Shown: piece by piece, positions 12,205-26,560 of the stretch
Layout: every line of letters starts with the position of its first letter
Position numbering within the stretch: position 1 is the first letter of the stretch
Assembly: GCA_973895155.1 (NCBI GenBank)
Contig: OZ316895.1
Span: forward strand, 6,620,084-6,684,083
Direction: 5' to 3'
DNA from: Marsupella aquatica
Taxonomy: Eukaryota; Plantae; Marchantiophyta
DNA: 64,000 nt
Position numbers and translations under genes: made by a program
Notes under the pieces: generated by a model
Told to the model about the DNA's origin: nothing
Seen by the model: the letters and a program-made list of their open reading frames with translations, nothing else
Database searches by the model: none

Positions 12205-15200
12205 GTAGTGCGGGTGCAGGTTCCCAATTTTGAAACAATTTGGCTCATTTTATGTCCCGAGGGACTCCAGGAGTTTATGTATTGAGTTTCTAGGTCAAGA
12301 TGCTTAATATAAGGAAATTCAATTATCACTTCGTTCCCAACTTCTATTAATTGAATATACACAAGCTGGAAGCAAGAAGACAAGCCACAATCTAGCATCT
12401 TAGCCAAACACAATCGTCCCGACAAAGCAAAACTCAGCTGGACAGAAGTCACTCGGATCCACAAAAAATTGAAGATTCACCTCCAAGCCGGAGGCCGATC
12501 ACTTCAGTACAGCAGCTTCTGGACGGAACAAACTCTGCTCAGCCCCACAGAAACACAAATGTTAAGGCTCCAAGTCAGAGCTCACAAACAGAAACTCAGA
12601 TAAATAACATTCAAAATCTGTCCAGGTTTGTGCAAAGTGTACATATTCATTCTTCTGGAATGAACACGCAATGCATACATCGCCTAGACACAGTCATTAT
12701 AAATCATTGGGCAATTGGGGACCACTAAGCAGGTGTGTTCCTATTTCGAGGCTACAGGAAAGGATAGAGTGACACCAAACTGAAGAGTACACCAAAAGAA
12801 AAACAGCAAGAACCAAAGTCAATCATGTGTGGATAAATTGCACATGGGAAGTTCCCCTGAAGAAGCACCAGTTGCTAACATTGTCACCCGAACCACACCC
12901 AGTTTATTACCTCAATGTCTTCAGCCTCAATATCCAATCCTTAGCCCCCTGGTGCTTCCGTGTTTGTTCTGAAAATTTCTGTGATGAAATAATTATTCAA
13001 TACATTCAATAGCAAAGAGAACTCAATCACAAAAGAAAAATAGTTAGTGTGAATGCTAATTTCTCAACACTTAACTAAATTCAAACCACCAATTCAAGTA
13101 GTAAGTTTCAAAAACTTGCCTTTACATGAAGAGAAACCAATTGGCCATGCATGTTACTAAAGCAATAAACAAATAATTAGGCTCAACCCCGGGCTCAACA
13201 CACAGGCAAACTACTCGAAACATGCTGCTGAGAAGTAGCATTTTTTGAATGTCAGACTATGTGTAAGTGCCATGATCGTGCTCCTACGTTTCACAAGGAG
13301 GGCTGGCCCGAAAGGGAGAAGCAACAATGTGGAGTCTATACACGTAGCACAAATCCCAGTTTAGAAGGGTGGATGAAGTTCAGACAAGAGTTCAGAACTT
13401 GCCATTTGAGATTGCCAATCTGAACTTCACATTCAGACAGGACTTCATCCAGTTCAGGAGTTCAGATAGGAGTTCAGACAATCTGAAGAGGACTTTGGAC
13501 TTGAATGAGGGAGAACGTGGCCATATAGTTATCCTTGTGGCCTTCAGCTGCGTGTCTCAGGCTGAATTTCACTTTCCAGTTTCGAGAGTTCTGAAGGTCT
13601 AGTTTTAGTAACTTCCTCCTGACTCGACTTGGGAGCATTCTCCCTATTTGCTAGCTTGTAGTTAGCTTTGACTCCTGTGAGCTTAGTTGACGACCCTCTT
13701 GGGATATTAACAATTAGAACAAACACAAGTTGTCAAGACAGATTCCACCGGAGCAAAAAGTCCAAAATCAGGTGAAAGAAAACCTAAGGAAAGTCCATAA
13801 GAACGAAAGTAGGAAGGCAGGTGCACGGGCCACCGAGAAAAGTAAAGGATGCATGTGATTAGTGGGGACGGATCCTAGCAAAAACAGGGGAAAGCAAGGG
13901 AACTTGCTGCTAAAATCAGCTGAACGATTGCACGGTTCCTATAAATTTAGTGGACCTTAAGGCCGTCTGTTCACCCCCCCACCCCATTGCCAGAGCACGG
14001 GGCACAAGGCATGTTCTGATACAGGGAGGAGCAAAACAGTCATGTCAAGCAAGAAGTGTGGAGAGACCAATCAGTAAGCAAAAATAGGGGAGAACAGACA
14101 TACATCAGCAGCAGCAGGAAACAAGAAAGATGATACTCTGTTCCATCTTAGAGTCGGGGACACTACTGCAACACTGGGACTGGAGATAGCATCCAGCAGG
14201 CCGGCAACCCATGCCAAAAGGGCAGAGCGGCAATCCGCCATGTAGCGATAGGCGAGAGCAGCGATTACGACAATGAAAGATGGTCGAAGCTGAAGCAAAA
14301 CCCCTAAAGATGCAGCTTGGCCATACTCTCCTTCCTCACCTCATAGCGCTAGGCATTCAACCTCCCTCTTCAATGAACCTCACAGCAGCTTGAAGGTCGA
14401 TAGATTTTACCTCGTCTCCTGAGCAGAAACGTCTGCATTAGCTGAACAGAGCCCGAAACAGAGCTATTGCATTTAGCCTCCCGACTCCAAAATCGAACGC
14501 AACACAACCTCCAACTCCCAATGGCAGCTCAGTAGGTTGATCAGCTCGGTCAATGCAGGTCAGTCGACCTCAATAGCCACACTAGAAGCTCACCGCAAGT
14601 CACTCAAAGGTCAGACTAGAAGCTCCGCCGCCTTCACACCGTAGCAAAAAACAATGAGACCAATATCGAGCAAGGCGACCCTATTTGAATATTTGGCGAC
14701 CATCAGGCTCCACCCCTCCTTTCTCGCTACCGTTCCCCCATGTGATGGTTAAGCTTCTCAGGACACAATCAATCGCACAAATGTAGCTTAAAGCAGGACC
14801 TCACTAAGCAGACTATTGGTTAGGACCTTATAGACATAGAGATAGATAGGTCAATGCAACCTTACTTGGGCCGATGCAGCATGTCTCTTGACAATGTGAA
14901 GCAGCGCAGCATTCCTCCACCTAGCTCGCAGTGATCCTCCGCCTTGCTTGCAGTAACCAGCCTCCGCCTAGCTAGTTTGCACTGTCACGGCTGCAACTTT
15001 TTGTGCAACGACTTGGCCCTCCTACCAACTACGAGCTCCCAAAAGTATGTCGAGCAGATGTACACTCAGGCACCACCTCGTAGAGCTCAACTCCAAGTCG
15101 GCAGCTCTCACTTGAAACTCAATAGTAGCTTAGCTCACCAGTAGGTTGAAAAGCGACAATGGACTCCCCTCAAAAGTGATTGGCAGACCTCCACACTGAC

Positions 15201-15989
15201 GCTCGTAGCAGGCCCAATCCTAAACACATTTGCACCCTAAAGTCCAGTCGCGCTCAAACACTTTCAAACAACCCTGCAGGAAGTTCGCGAAGAGTGCAGC
15301 TGGAATGAAGGTCATCGACTCCCAATTTACCTCGCAAAACCAACCTCTGCGGCACACTGACCCTGAACACTTAGGGCAAGTAGTACCCCCAAAATCTCTC
15401 GCAAAACCAACCTCTAAGGTACACTGACCCTGAGGGAAAGTAGTACCCCTCACATGTGGGCAGCCATCGAGTGACTTAGCAAACAGGTTGGTTTGGACAT
15501 AAAAGAACCAATGCAAATGACTTAGCAAAAAGTTCAATGTGGGGAGAGTGCACTTTGGTCAAGAACAAGGCCAAATATAGTCAGGTATGAATCCACATTA
15601 TAAGTGAAAGTACCCACCATTCTGATGAAAACCCCCATATTTATACCCATTATATTTGGACCTCGCCAACCATGAGTGTGCAATATGTAGTTGCACCGGG
15701 AGTTGCATATTAGGGATTGGCATCCGAAATTGGCTAATGGGGTATGCATGCTGACGGAATTTTAAAAAATGATGTCCAATTCATATTGCACTATTGTGGA
15801 GTAACTAACATAACTTACCTATTTCTTACTTACCAGTGTTACAATAGCGACATTGGATAAAGTTGTAAGCATGACTTCCCACAACCTCACCAAAACTTAG
15901 TTGGTATGATGTAACTAACATGACACCCACAAACTTGGAGTCGCATATTTATGAAGGTCTCGCACAAGTCACATAGGGGAGGGTCTCAG

Positions 15990-18524
15990 AATGGGTGGTT
16001 TTCTTCTAGTGCCATATTGACAAGGGGAAATCTTCCATCCCGAACCGGGTTGAGGGGGAGATTAGTCATGATGCAGTTCATGACAAGAGAGATGGAGAAG
16101 CTCCGGGCTTGGAGCTGGTTCCTGTGATGGAACAAGAGGAGCAGATTGTTGTTGGGGTACCTCAAATTCAACCAGCAGCAGCAGTAGATCAGCCTGAGTC
16201 ATCTACTAGAAGAACTTCCAGTCGTTCTACTAAAGCTCCTACCAGGTATGGTCAATGGGCAGACTCATCTAAGCTAGATGATATTGACATTGCACCTGAT
16301 GAAGATGAGATGACTTTGATCTTGGAAGAAGGAGAGCCTTCTTCATATAGTGAGGCTTGTGCTTCAGAGCAGAAGCATGAGTGGAATGCAGCAATGCAGA
16401 GGGAGTTGCAATCTTTGAGTGACAACAAGACATGGGAGCTGGTGGTCAGGAGCTTCCAAGAGGTCAGCAAGTGGTGGACAGCAAGTGGATTTACAAGTTG
16501 AAGGATAGTCCTTCAGAGGGTGGAGACAAGATCTACAAGGCAAGGCTTGTTGCCAAGGGATTCACTCAGGAGAAAGGAGTGTATTACAATGAGGTCTTTT
16601 CACCGGTGGCTAAGTATTCCACAATACGGATCTTGTGTCAGCTTGTTATATTTTTTGGTCTGGTGATGGATCAGATGGATGTTGTTACTGCTTTTCTCTA
16701 TGGCAACTTGGAAGAGTTAATCTTCATGAGACAGCCACTAGGCTTTATGAAGAAGGGCCAAGAGAACTTAGTTTGCAGATTGCTCAAGTCCTTGTATGGA
16801 TTGAAGCAGTCTCCCAGACAGTGGAACAAGCAGTTTGATGATTTCATGCTTGCTCAAGGTTTTACAAGCCAGGATGGTGTATGATCCTTGTGTGTATACG
16901 AAATCAGTCAAGAATGATATATTTGGTTTCATCATTCTGGTGATCTATGTGGATGACATGCTGATTGTGGCTAAAGATCAATCTGAGGTTGACAGTCTCA
17001 AGGCAAAATTGAGTGTTGAATTCAGGATGAAGGATCTTGGTAAGGCCAAGAGGATCTTAGGGATGGAGATTTTTAGGAACTCTGAGACTGGACAGTTGTG
17101 CTTGAGTCAAGGCCAATATGCGAGGAAAGTACTTGCACGATTCAACATGGAAAATTGTAAGCCAGTGAGTATTCCTTTAGCTTCACATTTCAAGTTATCA
17201 TCGGCTTTCTCTCCTACGGATGCTGTGGAGAAAGGTCTGATGGCTAAGATTCCTTATGAGAAGGCAATAGGCAATCTGATGTATTTGATGACTTGTACTA
17301 GGCCTGACTTGGCCCTAGCGATGGGCAAGGTCAGCAGATTCATGTCAAATCCAGGGAAGGTACATTGGGAAGCTGTGAAATGGATTCTCAAGTATGTGAG
17401 GGGAACACAGGACTATGGATTACTATTTGATAACAGATCAGATAGAACGTTAGTTGGCTATGTAGATTCTGACTATGGAGGCTGTCTGGATACAAGGAGG
17501 TCTACAACTGGGTTTGTATACACTCTTGGAGGAGGATGTATCAGTTGGAAATCTACCTTGCAGAAGTGTATATCTCAGTCTACTACAGAAGCAGAGTATG
17601 TTGCAGCAGCAGAAGCAGCAAAGGAAGCAATTTGGTTGGATAAGTTGATCGCGGAGATGGGTTTAGAGCATGGAAAAATGACTCTAAACTGTGATAGTCA
17701 GAGTGCTCTTCACTTGGCTGCTAACCAGGTGATGGATAGCAGGGTGAAGCACATTGATATCAGGTACCATTTTATCAGGCAAGCAGTGTCTGATAAAACT
17801 TTTGAGCTAGTCAAGATTGATGGAAAGCTCAATCCCGCTGATGCTTTTATCAAAGTGATTCCTTTGGAGAGTTTTTCAAGACACCGTGCTACTTTGCAGG
17901 TTTTGCAGTTGTAGTGCAAGTAGAGTTATTTAGCAATGTGTGACTATTTGTATATGGATTACTCATTCCTGTTAGGCTACGGCTTAGTTCTAGTTAACCC
18001 TTAGTTAACCCTTGTGGTTTTTAGGGGGAGACCTGGTTTGGTGATTGTCTAGAACTTCCCGCTGAGGAATCCATATGGTAGCATTTAGTCCAGTCCCCAA
18101 GACAAGAGTCAAGGGGGAGTTTGTTAGATATTGCTCTAGTCTTGTGACTCATGAGCTAACCACAGTTAGTCTAACTCGGGTTAGGACTTAGCTAATGTTA
18201 GCGGTAGTGCTGTTGTGTATATAGCCAGGGCTGATGCCAGACCCTGGTGGAATTTAGGCTCATTGTTACGGAGCTAGTTGAGAGATAGGGAGAGCTTGTG
18301 CTGTGGATGCTTGGTATGGCCGGTCGGCCTAGAGTGCAGTAAAGCTCTTGTGTGTTCCCGTGGACGTAGCCTCATGTGGAGGTGAACCACGTATCTCTCT
18401 GTGTCGACTATTGTGCGTTGGATGGTTCATGGGCTTGCCGTTACGAATGTCGTCTATGCTCAACAAGAACAGGCCCATGTCACTTTACATTAACTTGAGG
18501 GCACAATCAGGTAAAACCATTACA
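15990..18524 (+). mobile_element. 5'-truncated Ty1/copia LTR retrotransposon (RT, RNase H, PPT, 3' LTR)
   Basis: EPSSYSEA, KARLVAKGFTQ, QMDVVTAFLYG, KSLYGLKQSPRQW, YVDDML, GYVDSDYGG, STTEAEYVA, KHIDIRYHFIR; frameshifts near 16445 and 16870; no gag, integrase or 5' LTR seen; left boundary approximate. Confidence 0.93.
18122..18524 (+). repeat. Copia 3' LTR (TG...CA, about 400 bp)
   Basis: Polypurine tract aagggggag at 18111-18119 followed by TGTTAG; probable end ...ccattACA at 18524 (right end inferred because there is no second LTR to compare). Confidence 0.6.
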
Positions 18525-18870
18525 AATCCTAGTCATCTGCAAGCGGGCCCTTTGTGAGTACTTTTTTTGGTGCTGATGTGTGCATGTTTTTTTGTGAAAA
18601 ACTTGAATCTCCCCTTCAGGTAGTCTAAAAGAATGGACCAAGCATTTCTATTCAGGGTCTTTGCATTTCTATTCTCTTGAGCATTTGGCTCAAGATGTTG
18701 ACTTTAGTGTATGCAACTGGCCCTCACTTTTGCTTTCATTGGACTAAGATACACTGAAAGGCCCCTACTGACTGTCTTGTAAAGGCCCCCTAATTAATAG
18801 CCCTCACTAGCCCTGCCCTGTTTTTGGTGCCTGGGCAAAAATTAGCCAATCACTTATCTAAAAATAATAT

Positions 18871-19064
18871 ATTGCCACTAAAGATGTTTGAATTTACAAT
18901 ATTGTCATTGATTTTTTTGTATTTACAATATTGTCACTGATTTTTTCATATTTACAAAAATGTCACGGTTTCTATATATGGTTCCCCTGGTTACCTTGGT
19001 AAACTTGTCATCCCTATACAAAACAGTGGTAGTATTGTGAATTAGAACATCTTTACTGGCAAAA
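18871..19064. repeat. Small imperfect inverted repeat (MITE or foldback-like remnant)
   Basis: ttgccactaaagatgtttgaatttacaata pairs with tattgtgaattagaacatctttactggcaa; internal short direct repeats atttacaatattgtca. Confidence 0.5.
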
Positions 19065-21345
19065 TGATTATAGTATTGTGAATTAGAAACTTTACTGGCA
19101 AAATGATTAAAAGCTGTACCTAAAATACAGGCAGTTTAATCAACTCTGGCTAAAATTTAGAAAATTCTGGGTCATTTGCCACCACCTAAGGCACTAAGGG
19201 GAATGTTAGCCTGGAAAACCTCCACAATAGTCAGAAAGTGCTCTATGATTGAAAGGAAAGACTCCATAACCAGACCTTTGCTTAGCTGTAGGGTAAACTA
19301 GAAGCCCCCTTGGCTAATGTTTCAAAACAAGAAAAAAAAAACGGCTGGCCCCACCGTCTCGTAAAGTCCCCTGAATAAGATGAATTACTGTAGTTCATCT
19401 TGGTGCTCTGTATTTCGTGATTCTGTAATGTTTAATGTTTAATGAAGCTTGTCTGCGCACGTGGTAACGGTGAATTGCTGGAGAGACGTAACATGCAAAA
19501 GAGTTGCATTCTGTGTAGCTACCGCCTGACAGTAGATTGGAGAGCTTTAGCCCAAAACTTGTACTACTACGGAGTAGTATTTTTCCCGTGATGGGCTGGA
19601 CATCACAATTCTACTGACTAAAACGTCGATGATTTCTTCGTCAAAGGAAGCTGTCAAATGCAGCCCAAAACGTACCGTAGAAAGCTGCACTTGGCAAACA
19701 CTTTCGGCAGCCTCAAAGATCTCGATTGGTACCTGTACCTGAGAAGTAGAATGCAGGAATCGAATTTGATGTCACTGATTGTGGAATTACTCTTCAGCAT
19801 TCAACGTTCCCAGGCCACTGCAGCGATCGAGTTACTTCAACAAATCATGCTGAATTGCACTGGACCTTCAATGACACCTCTCCCATAGTTCCATCCCATC
19901 CTACGGGCCTTATATCCTCTCTACGCAAATGTTCATGTGCCTTTATTGTGGATTGATCCTACTTAAGTTTACACTGCCGCATAATTATATGGTGGTCGCG
20001 AAAACTCATATGCTTGACCAACAGCAAGCCTGATTGATCTTTTGCTGTAGAGTTCGTCAGAGGAAAACATTATGCAGGAATCGCATTAAGATCTCCAGCC
20101 TTCAACCTGTCCAACAGATAGTCTCCGCTGCGTCAAACATAGTATTACCCTCAATTACGGTATTTTTTTAAGACGTCGTGCTCCATCCAAGTCTCTTGCT
20201 ACTTTCACTGATGCTGCGTGATGATGCCGCTTGCTCTACTACAAGACGCTCTGTAGTGGTTATCTTCTTCAAGGCACTTTGGGGCAGTCCTGTTTTCCTG
20301 GAAAAGCAAACGGCAAGCAGCACCCTCCAAATCGTCCATTGTCTGAATACTTAGCTACAGTACTGTAGCTCTCTCCGCTAGCTGTTGCTCTCTCCTCAGC
20401 TCATTCCAAATGCCTCTGTTCAAAGATTCCAACACCTTTAATCCACTTATCCTCACTCAAAGTACTCCCCTCGAATTCATTATTCTGACTACCAGGGTGC
20501 ACTCAAACTGGCCAGGAATCTACTGTAGTAGTTCAGGCCCGAAAAGTCAAGCACGTCGAAACTTGTACATCATCATTTGGTCCGGGAGGGCTTCGATCTT
20601 GGGCGGGGGCTTTCAATTTTCTGCTGTACATCTCGACTGATCTCCAATGAACCAGCTGATATCTTGACCAAGGCTTTGATCTGTCCCGTCCAAATTCGAA
20701 ATGCATCGTCTGGACATTGGCGAACTCGTAAATTGGTATATCTAGACTCAAAGGTTAGGGTGGTATCGATGATCGTGAAGTGCTTTTGTTAGATACTGCC
20801 TTCGAGACATTGTCGATGTCTTTAGTCAACCCCGTTCTCAATCATTTTCACGGTACACTTTAGAGCAACGGCGGGTGTTAATATTGATGCGCTCACCAAG
20901 TGTAACCTATCATGATGACCTCTGCATGCAGCGTCATCATTCTATTCTTTCTTGGTGTGTTCCTTGATTAGTCTGTTAGGAGCTGATTAGTTAGGATCCA
21001 TTGATCCTGCGCGTTGTCTTCCTTGCCTTCTGCACAAGCATGTACTTATTGAGCGCTCGGCCCGATGCTCTCTCATTCGTAAGTATAGTAAAGTTTGTCC
21101 TCTTGTACGCGATCATTAGTTTTTGGTTCCGTTCTCTACCGACTTCAGTTGCCATGCTTTCCCGTTTGCTTTATGTACAGCTCGGCGTGCAAGAAAGAAG
21201 AGCAGCGATGAGTTCCTTTGAATCGCGAAATCTAACAAATTCTCTAAGCAAAGGCTTTCCGATGGAGCATGCAGCAAGAATAAGGGTCCAAGTGTAAACG
21301 CTATCAATGCCATTCAATCTCTCGATAGATCAGTAGATCTTTAAG

Positions 21346-24306
21346 ATGACAACCAGCAGAGACGCGGTCCTAAGAGCGTTAGGGAAGAAAGCTCCCAAGT
21401 TCGAAATGAATTATGAGCTAGTAGACCAGACGGACGTCATGGACATCATAAACAGAGAAAGAGAGGACGTTGAGCTGCTGGAACATACATTGAAAGAAGG
21501 GAGAGAGAACTTGGCGATGGGAGGACTGAAGCTGAGACAGGGTTTGGAGACTGTGAGCAAATGTCCACATCCTGCCGGAAGTGGAAGTAGCGGATTCAGA
21601 AGAGAGCTTGCAGCGGACAGTTCCTCCTCCACGGTGACACCACACAAGCCAAGGCTCATCCAGGCTGTTTTCCTAATAAGTTTTCTGACCCTCATCGCCA
21701 CCTCACTGTTCACTTTGTTTGATAGTATGACCGTTGTCGAGATCGCATATAAAGTGCACGCTTTGGCTGGCATCGTCAAACACAACCGAATGCCTTCCAG
21801 AGATGAGCGAGCCCTGCGTTCGAGAGGTACAGGACCGCCTCTACTATTGGACGATAAGCTGGATAAAGCAACAGGGGAAATATCTGTAAGTAGTTCTGCA
21901 TGGTCTTGATAAAGAATTGTGCTCCATAGAAAATTAGGATCGCTCCAAATGACCACATGATACTCGCTATCCGAAACTTCTTGATCCTTGAGGTAAAGCT
22001 GTAGTGACTTTGACGATAGCAGATGGCAAATTCTTTGGCTAATTTTGTTTGCAGAATGGAGGTCAGTTAAAAAATTTGAAAGCCTTAGAAATAATTTTCT
22101 TCGATATCCACAGACTTCACTTGACGCAAGCTCTCATTACCCATTGAAAATTTCTCCACGTGGTAGTCTGGCCCTCCGAGCTATTTTCAATTCCCACAAG
22201 TTTACAGGTCACGGAGTTTGTTTGACTGCTTTTCAACCAGCTGCTGATTGACAAACAGTGATCCATGGAACCATCTGTTGAGCACAAAACTCTCCTCGTT
22301 TCTCTTGCTTCCACGTTCTTAAAGTCAAGGCTCGTTTGCTGCAGCCCCAACCTTCTCCACATATCACATTCAAGGGATTTATTGAGCATTCTGAGCATCA
22401 AAACGTCCAAGCCCATTTGGGTCGGTCTGATCGCACAACAACGGAACATTCTTAGACATCAGTACTGCCTTCAAGAATGCCGTTTAAGGAACAGTATCAT
22501 GCTGTTCAAGACTGCCTTCAAGAAATCGCTTTGAACTATAATTCGACTTATTTGAACTTTGAAATATGAATCGTTCACGGCAAAATAATGTAAATCGTGA
22601 CGCAACTTATCTGGACCTCAGTTGCCACATTGTGATTTTTGAATTGCCCTACTGCTCTCATCTTGTGACTTTCGTCATCTGACAACATATGAATGTGCTA
22701 CACGATTGCTTATGATCGATTTTTCACACAGAAGGAGGTAGCATCAGTGGAAGAGGTGCCCAAAGTGTCGGTCAGTAAGGACTTGATGCCCGTTCCAGTT
22801 AATCCAGTCACGGCCAACGACGCTGAGATTTCGACGCGACACGTCCAGGACCCGGGGTGCCAAGAAAATACTACAACCTCGGCTCACATCTTCGGGGTTC
22901 CAACGCCGGACAACGACGACGTCGTCCGCCTGACTACAGGATCAGTCCATAGGGTACATCTCGTTGCCTTGAATTCGTTTGGGCAGAGGAGATGCGCCGG
23001 AGGGGATTACTACGAGACAGAACTGAGATCACCAGTCTGGAAGTCTCGGCCACCAGTTGTAGACTATAACAACGGATCGTACGAGGTGAAGCTTTATGTG
23101 GATCCGCGCTTTGCTGGGAAGTTTGTTTTCAAAGTAACTCTCCTGTTCAGTAATTCGGATGGGCTCAAACAACTCGATCCCATGCTCTCGAATCATGAAT
23201 ACAGAAAGCTCCTTCGCGACAAGGGCGTGGCTAGTCTTGAAATCGAATTTATGCCACCACGACAGTCAAACTCCCATACTTCCAGTACTGAGAGATCCGA
23301 TACCCAGGGCGAAGAACGAATGAACGAGGACAATGCTGTGGCGACTGCCCCTACGTTAGAGCTTCATACCTGCACAGGTGAGGACTTCCACTCAAGACAA
23401 TGGAGTGGCCGGTGGACCCGAGGAGCGTTCAACCCGAACTGCTCCATCGATTCGAAAGACAGCGGGAGGTTCCAGTGCTTGGACGCTAAAACCAAATGTG
23501 AGCGCCCATGGTGTGAAGGGGACATTGGCCGACTGGACAGCAACGGCTGGGTGTACTCCGCACACTGCAGCTTCAAGATTTTCTCTGCAGACGAGGCGTG
23601 GAAATGCCTGGATGGAAAATGGCTGTTCTGGTGGAGCGACTCTGATGACCAGGAGAACGCCCTCGTGCGAGATCTTCTGAAATCCGTGCTGGGTCTCAGC
23701 CTGCCAGAGGGCCGGTGGGATGGGATGGGTCGATTCTCGAACAAGGTATTCGTCCGACCTGACGGCACCGAGACCGCCCGTGATGATCACATCACCACAG
23801 CGAGCCTGAGGGCACGGAATCTGAAACAGCAGGTGAGGATGACTAACATGTGGAACGCCAACGTGTTATCAAACTATGATCACTTCCAGGGCGTCATTAG
23901 CTCATACTTTTCCAAGTTCTCGTCCCCGGATGTCGTGATCATGAATTCTGGACTTCATGATGGCCTTCACTGGCACGATTGGGAAGAATTCGTGACAGTT
24001 GGAGTGCAGAAGGCCACAAACTGTTGGAAAGAGACCGTCGAAGCCATCTTGCCCAGTCGACATCCACGCATGGTGTTCGTGACGACAGGAGCTCAGTCCC
24101 TTTCTGACTTTAATCCACAGCTGATGGAGATGTACACAAGCTTTGTCTTGAATGCTTACATCACGGCCAACTTGACATCGGACCTCAAAATAGTGGATGG
24201 ATTTGACAGCTCTTTTTCTTGGATGGGTCGATACAAAGGGAACCAACATTTCGCGGACTTAATGAACCTGCATACTCTGCTGAATGCTATATGTACGGTT
24301 GATTGA
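21346..24306 (+). CDS. Two-exon type II membrane protein (about 704 aa) with an Ig/filamin-like domain and an SGNH/PC-esterase-like fold (At3g06150/At5g19060-like family); exons 21346-21885 and 22732-24306
   Basis: TM segment IQAVFLISFLTLIATSLFTLF in exon 1; phase-0 donor TCT|GTAAGT and acceptor CACAG|AAG join the two ORFs in frame; family motifs RCAGGDYYETEL..WKSRPPV, WSGRWTR, SNGWVYSAHCSFKIF, AWKCLDGKWLFWW, MNSGLHDG, HTLLNAIC. Confidence 0.8.
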
Positions 24307-24969
24307 CCATTCAATGTGTTGTAACTCAGTTTAACGTGTTGGATTGCAGAGTTTGCATCCATATCTGTTAAGAATCATTCTCACACTGGCACGGCTCCTG
24401 CTTGACTACGCACAGACATTCACACGGCCCGAACGCAACCAATTAAATTGGCATTTGACGGATTAGTTAGTGGATGTTTGCGGTCACCAACGCCGTTGAT
24501 CACCCAATACCTGTGCTTTTCGAGATATTGAATCTCAATTGCCACAACGGAGGACAAGCGTTCCATTATTACACCGCAGCTGACGGTGCGCACCATTTTG
24601 AAGTTCTGGTAAATGAGAAAATGCTCAGCGACAAATTGAAACTTGGCCAATCTACTACCCTTTATGCGCCGAAACAAATATTTCAGTACAGAATCTATCA
24701 ATTTTGAAAATGTTGTATCTCTGGTTGCAATATAAATTATCATTCGACATCATTATCCAACTCTCCGATTGCTTCAGTACAGATCCTGATTTTATCTCCA
24801 GGAATAAGATGACCGGGCGGATTGACCCAGGCCCAACACCGGCAATCACAGAATCAGGAACCCCAGCAGCTCATGGGATTCCCAGTGCAAAGTAGAAGAT
24901 CAAGAAGCATTTGGAACCACAACTGTTGATGGGAGAGATCATGCTTCATTGGAAAGCCCGGGAATAGTA

Positions 24970-25150
24970 CACTGTCCACCCTGTGTGAGATATAATTAGT
25001 GTGACACCAAATTAGAGTGACTCACACCGTGTAAATAATGTAATTAGTGTGATACCAAATTAGAGTGACCCACACTAAACTGTGTCAACATTTATTCCTA
25101 ACTCAATTACACTAATTAAGTTTTTAATTTATTTTAAAAGGTGGGTGCCA
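24970..25150. mobile_element. Orphan DNA-transposon terminus related to the ends of the 24-kb element
   Basis: TA|CACTG start followed by repeated aattagtgtgacac/attagagtgac motifs like the subterminal repeats at 38299-38450 and 62290-62400; 25121-25150 resembles the reverse complement of 38395-38426. Confidence 0.5.
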
Positions 25151-25399
25151 CGGCCGTCAATAACACAGAGGGGGACAAAAACCGCCCCAGGGAGAAACAA
25201 ATGGGCCAGACACCCTGGGAGCCCAAGGGCATGCCACACCAACCACACTAGTCAGGCCGAGGGGCCCAGAGTGGCCACCACCCACAATCCTCAAGTGTGT
25301 CCCTTAATGCTCCGACCTACAGTATAATGCATGATAGCTCTCTAATTTACTAGTTAAATGCAATCCTCTCTACTGATGGCTGATGTAAGTCCCAATCTG

Positions 25400-26240
25400 G
25401 TGAAAGCTGATCTACTCTCAATCTGACACCTATTTATCATCATCAATGTTAGCTCCTAGAGAAACTGGGCTCACTGTCGGTCTTCTCCCAAGGTTTGAGG
25501 ACCTCCTGGATTTGATAAATAGTAGCACACCTTGCAATGACTGCCTCATTCATTGGTGAAGAACCCTTGGTTCAGTATACACCGTAAGAAGAATCTCACC
25601 TAACTTGGGCATGTACCATCCTCCCCACAATTTCTGCCATCGGGTATGCAAACACTCATGGGTGCTCAGCTGACCCCATCTCCTATTCAGCTTAGTAACG
25701 TCCTGGGTCATGGGAAGAGAGCAAGTAACCCATATTTTATAGGGGAAAGGTCACCCACATTTTCCCCCTTCCAACCCCACTGCCATACTGCGGAGTCCTC
25801 CAGTCTTTCCTCATTGACGCCTGGGCATTTCGTAAGGCTATTGTAGAATCTGATGACAGAACACTTCCTGTCCAATTGTTCCCGTTGCTTCTCACTCTGG
25901 TGTGGAAGATTCCCTCATCAATCCAACCGAGCGTGTAGCGGCGACCACATGTCCTTGAGCTTCTTGATGCTCCGGGTGGCCAGGTATCTTCTCAGATTTA
26001 CCCCATCCTGGTCAGAGTGTTGTGCCTGGAGTATGACGGTGCAGCCTGCTCAATAGTGAGGGATGCGGGTAGCTACCGTTGCCGATATTGAAATTCAGAT
26101 ATTGACTCTTGGCCAATCATCCTCTCAAGAGTCATTTGAGTGTGGGAGATCCTTTGATCGGCAAGTCGTTGCTGAGCAGCAGAGCTTCGGTCGCTGTCCA
26201 CCAACACCATTTGTTTTGCAGCCCTCAATTAACAGATGCC
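25400..26240 (-). pseudogene. Degenerate LINE ORF2 C-terminal region (zf-RVT-like)
   Basis: Minus-strand reading around 25520-25650 gives RWQKLWGGWYMPKL / FFLRCILNQGFFTN...HCKVC, resembling the zf-RVT region of plant L1 elements; many disablements. Confidence 0.4.
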
Positions 26241-26493
26241 ATGATAGGGCTTGAGTGAAACCTTTATGCCTTCAGTCCTTCCTGAGGCAGGCCTCAGGGC
26301 AGCATCTCATGCCAAGAACCAAGGGCAAAGGCCAGAAACGTTACTCCTGAGGCAGGCCTCAGGGCATCTCATGCCAAGAACCAAGGGCAAAGGCTGGAAA
26401 CTTTCCAGTGCTTTAGAAACTAAACTCCGCCTTGTGAATAAAACAATAGTTTTGCAGCTATTTTGCAGCGCCAATTGCCTGCTTAGTGCATAA

Positions 26494-26560
26494 ATCTGTA
26501 ATGTGAAACGACAGAGATCTGTAATGTGAAACGACAGAGATCTGTAATGTGAAACGACAG
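26494..26560. repeat. 23-bp minisatellite, about 3 copies
   Basis: atctgtaatgtgaaacgacagag repeated in tandem. Confidence 0.85.

Noticed and set aside
12300-15980. Possible 5' LTR, gag or integrase of the copia element, or the CACTA terminus
   Set aside because: No second copy of the 18122-18524 LTR, no gag or integrase motifs and no convincing CACTA/TAGTG end with TSD were found; the short ORFs are unrecognisable
21411-24249. Several minus-strand ORFs over the membrane-protein gene
   Set aside because: Antisense shadows of a real plus-strand CDS
24420-24895. Short ORFs downstream of the SGNH-like gene
   Set aside because: No recognisable motifs and mutually inconsistent frames
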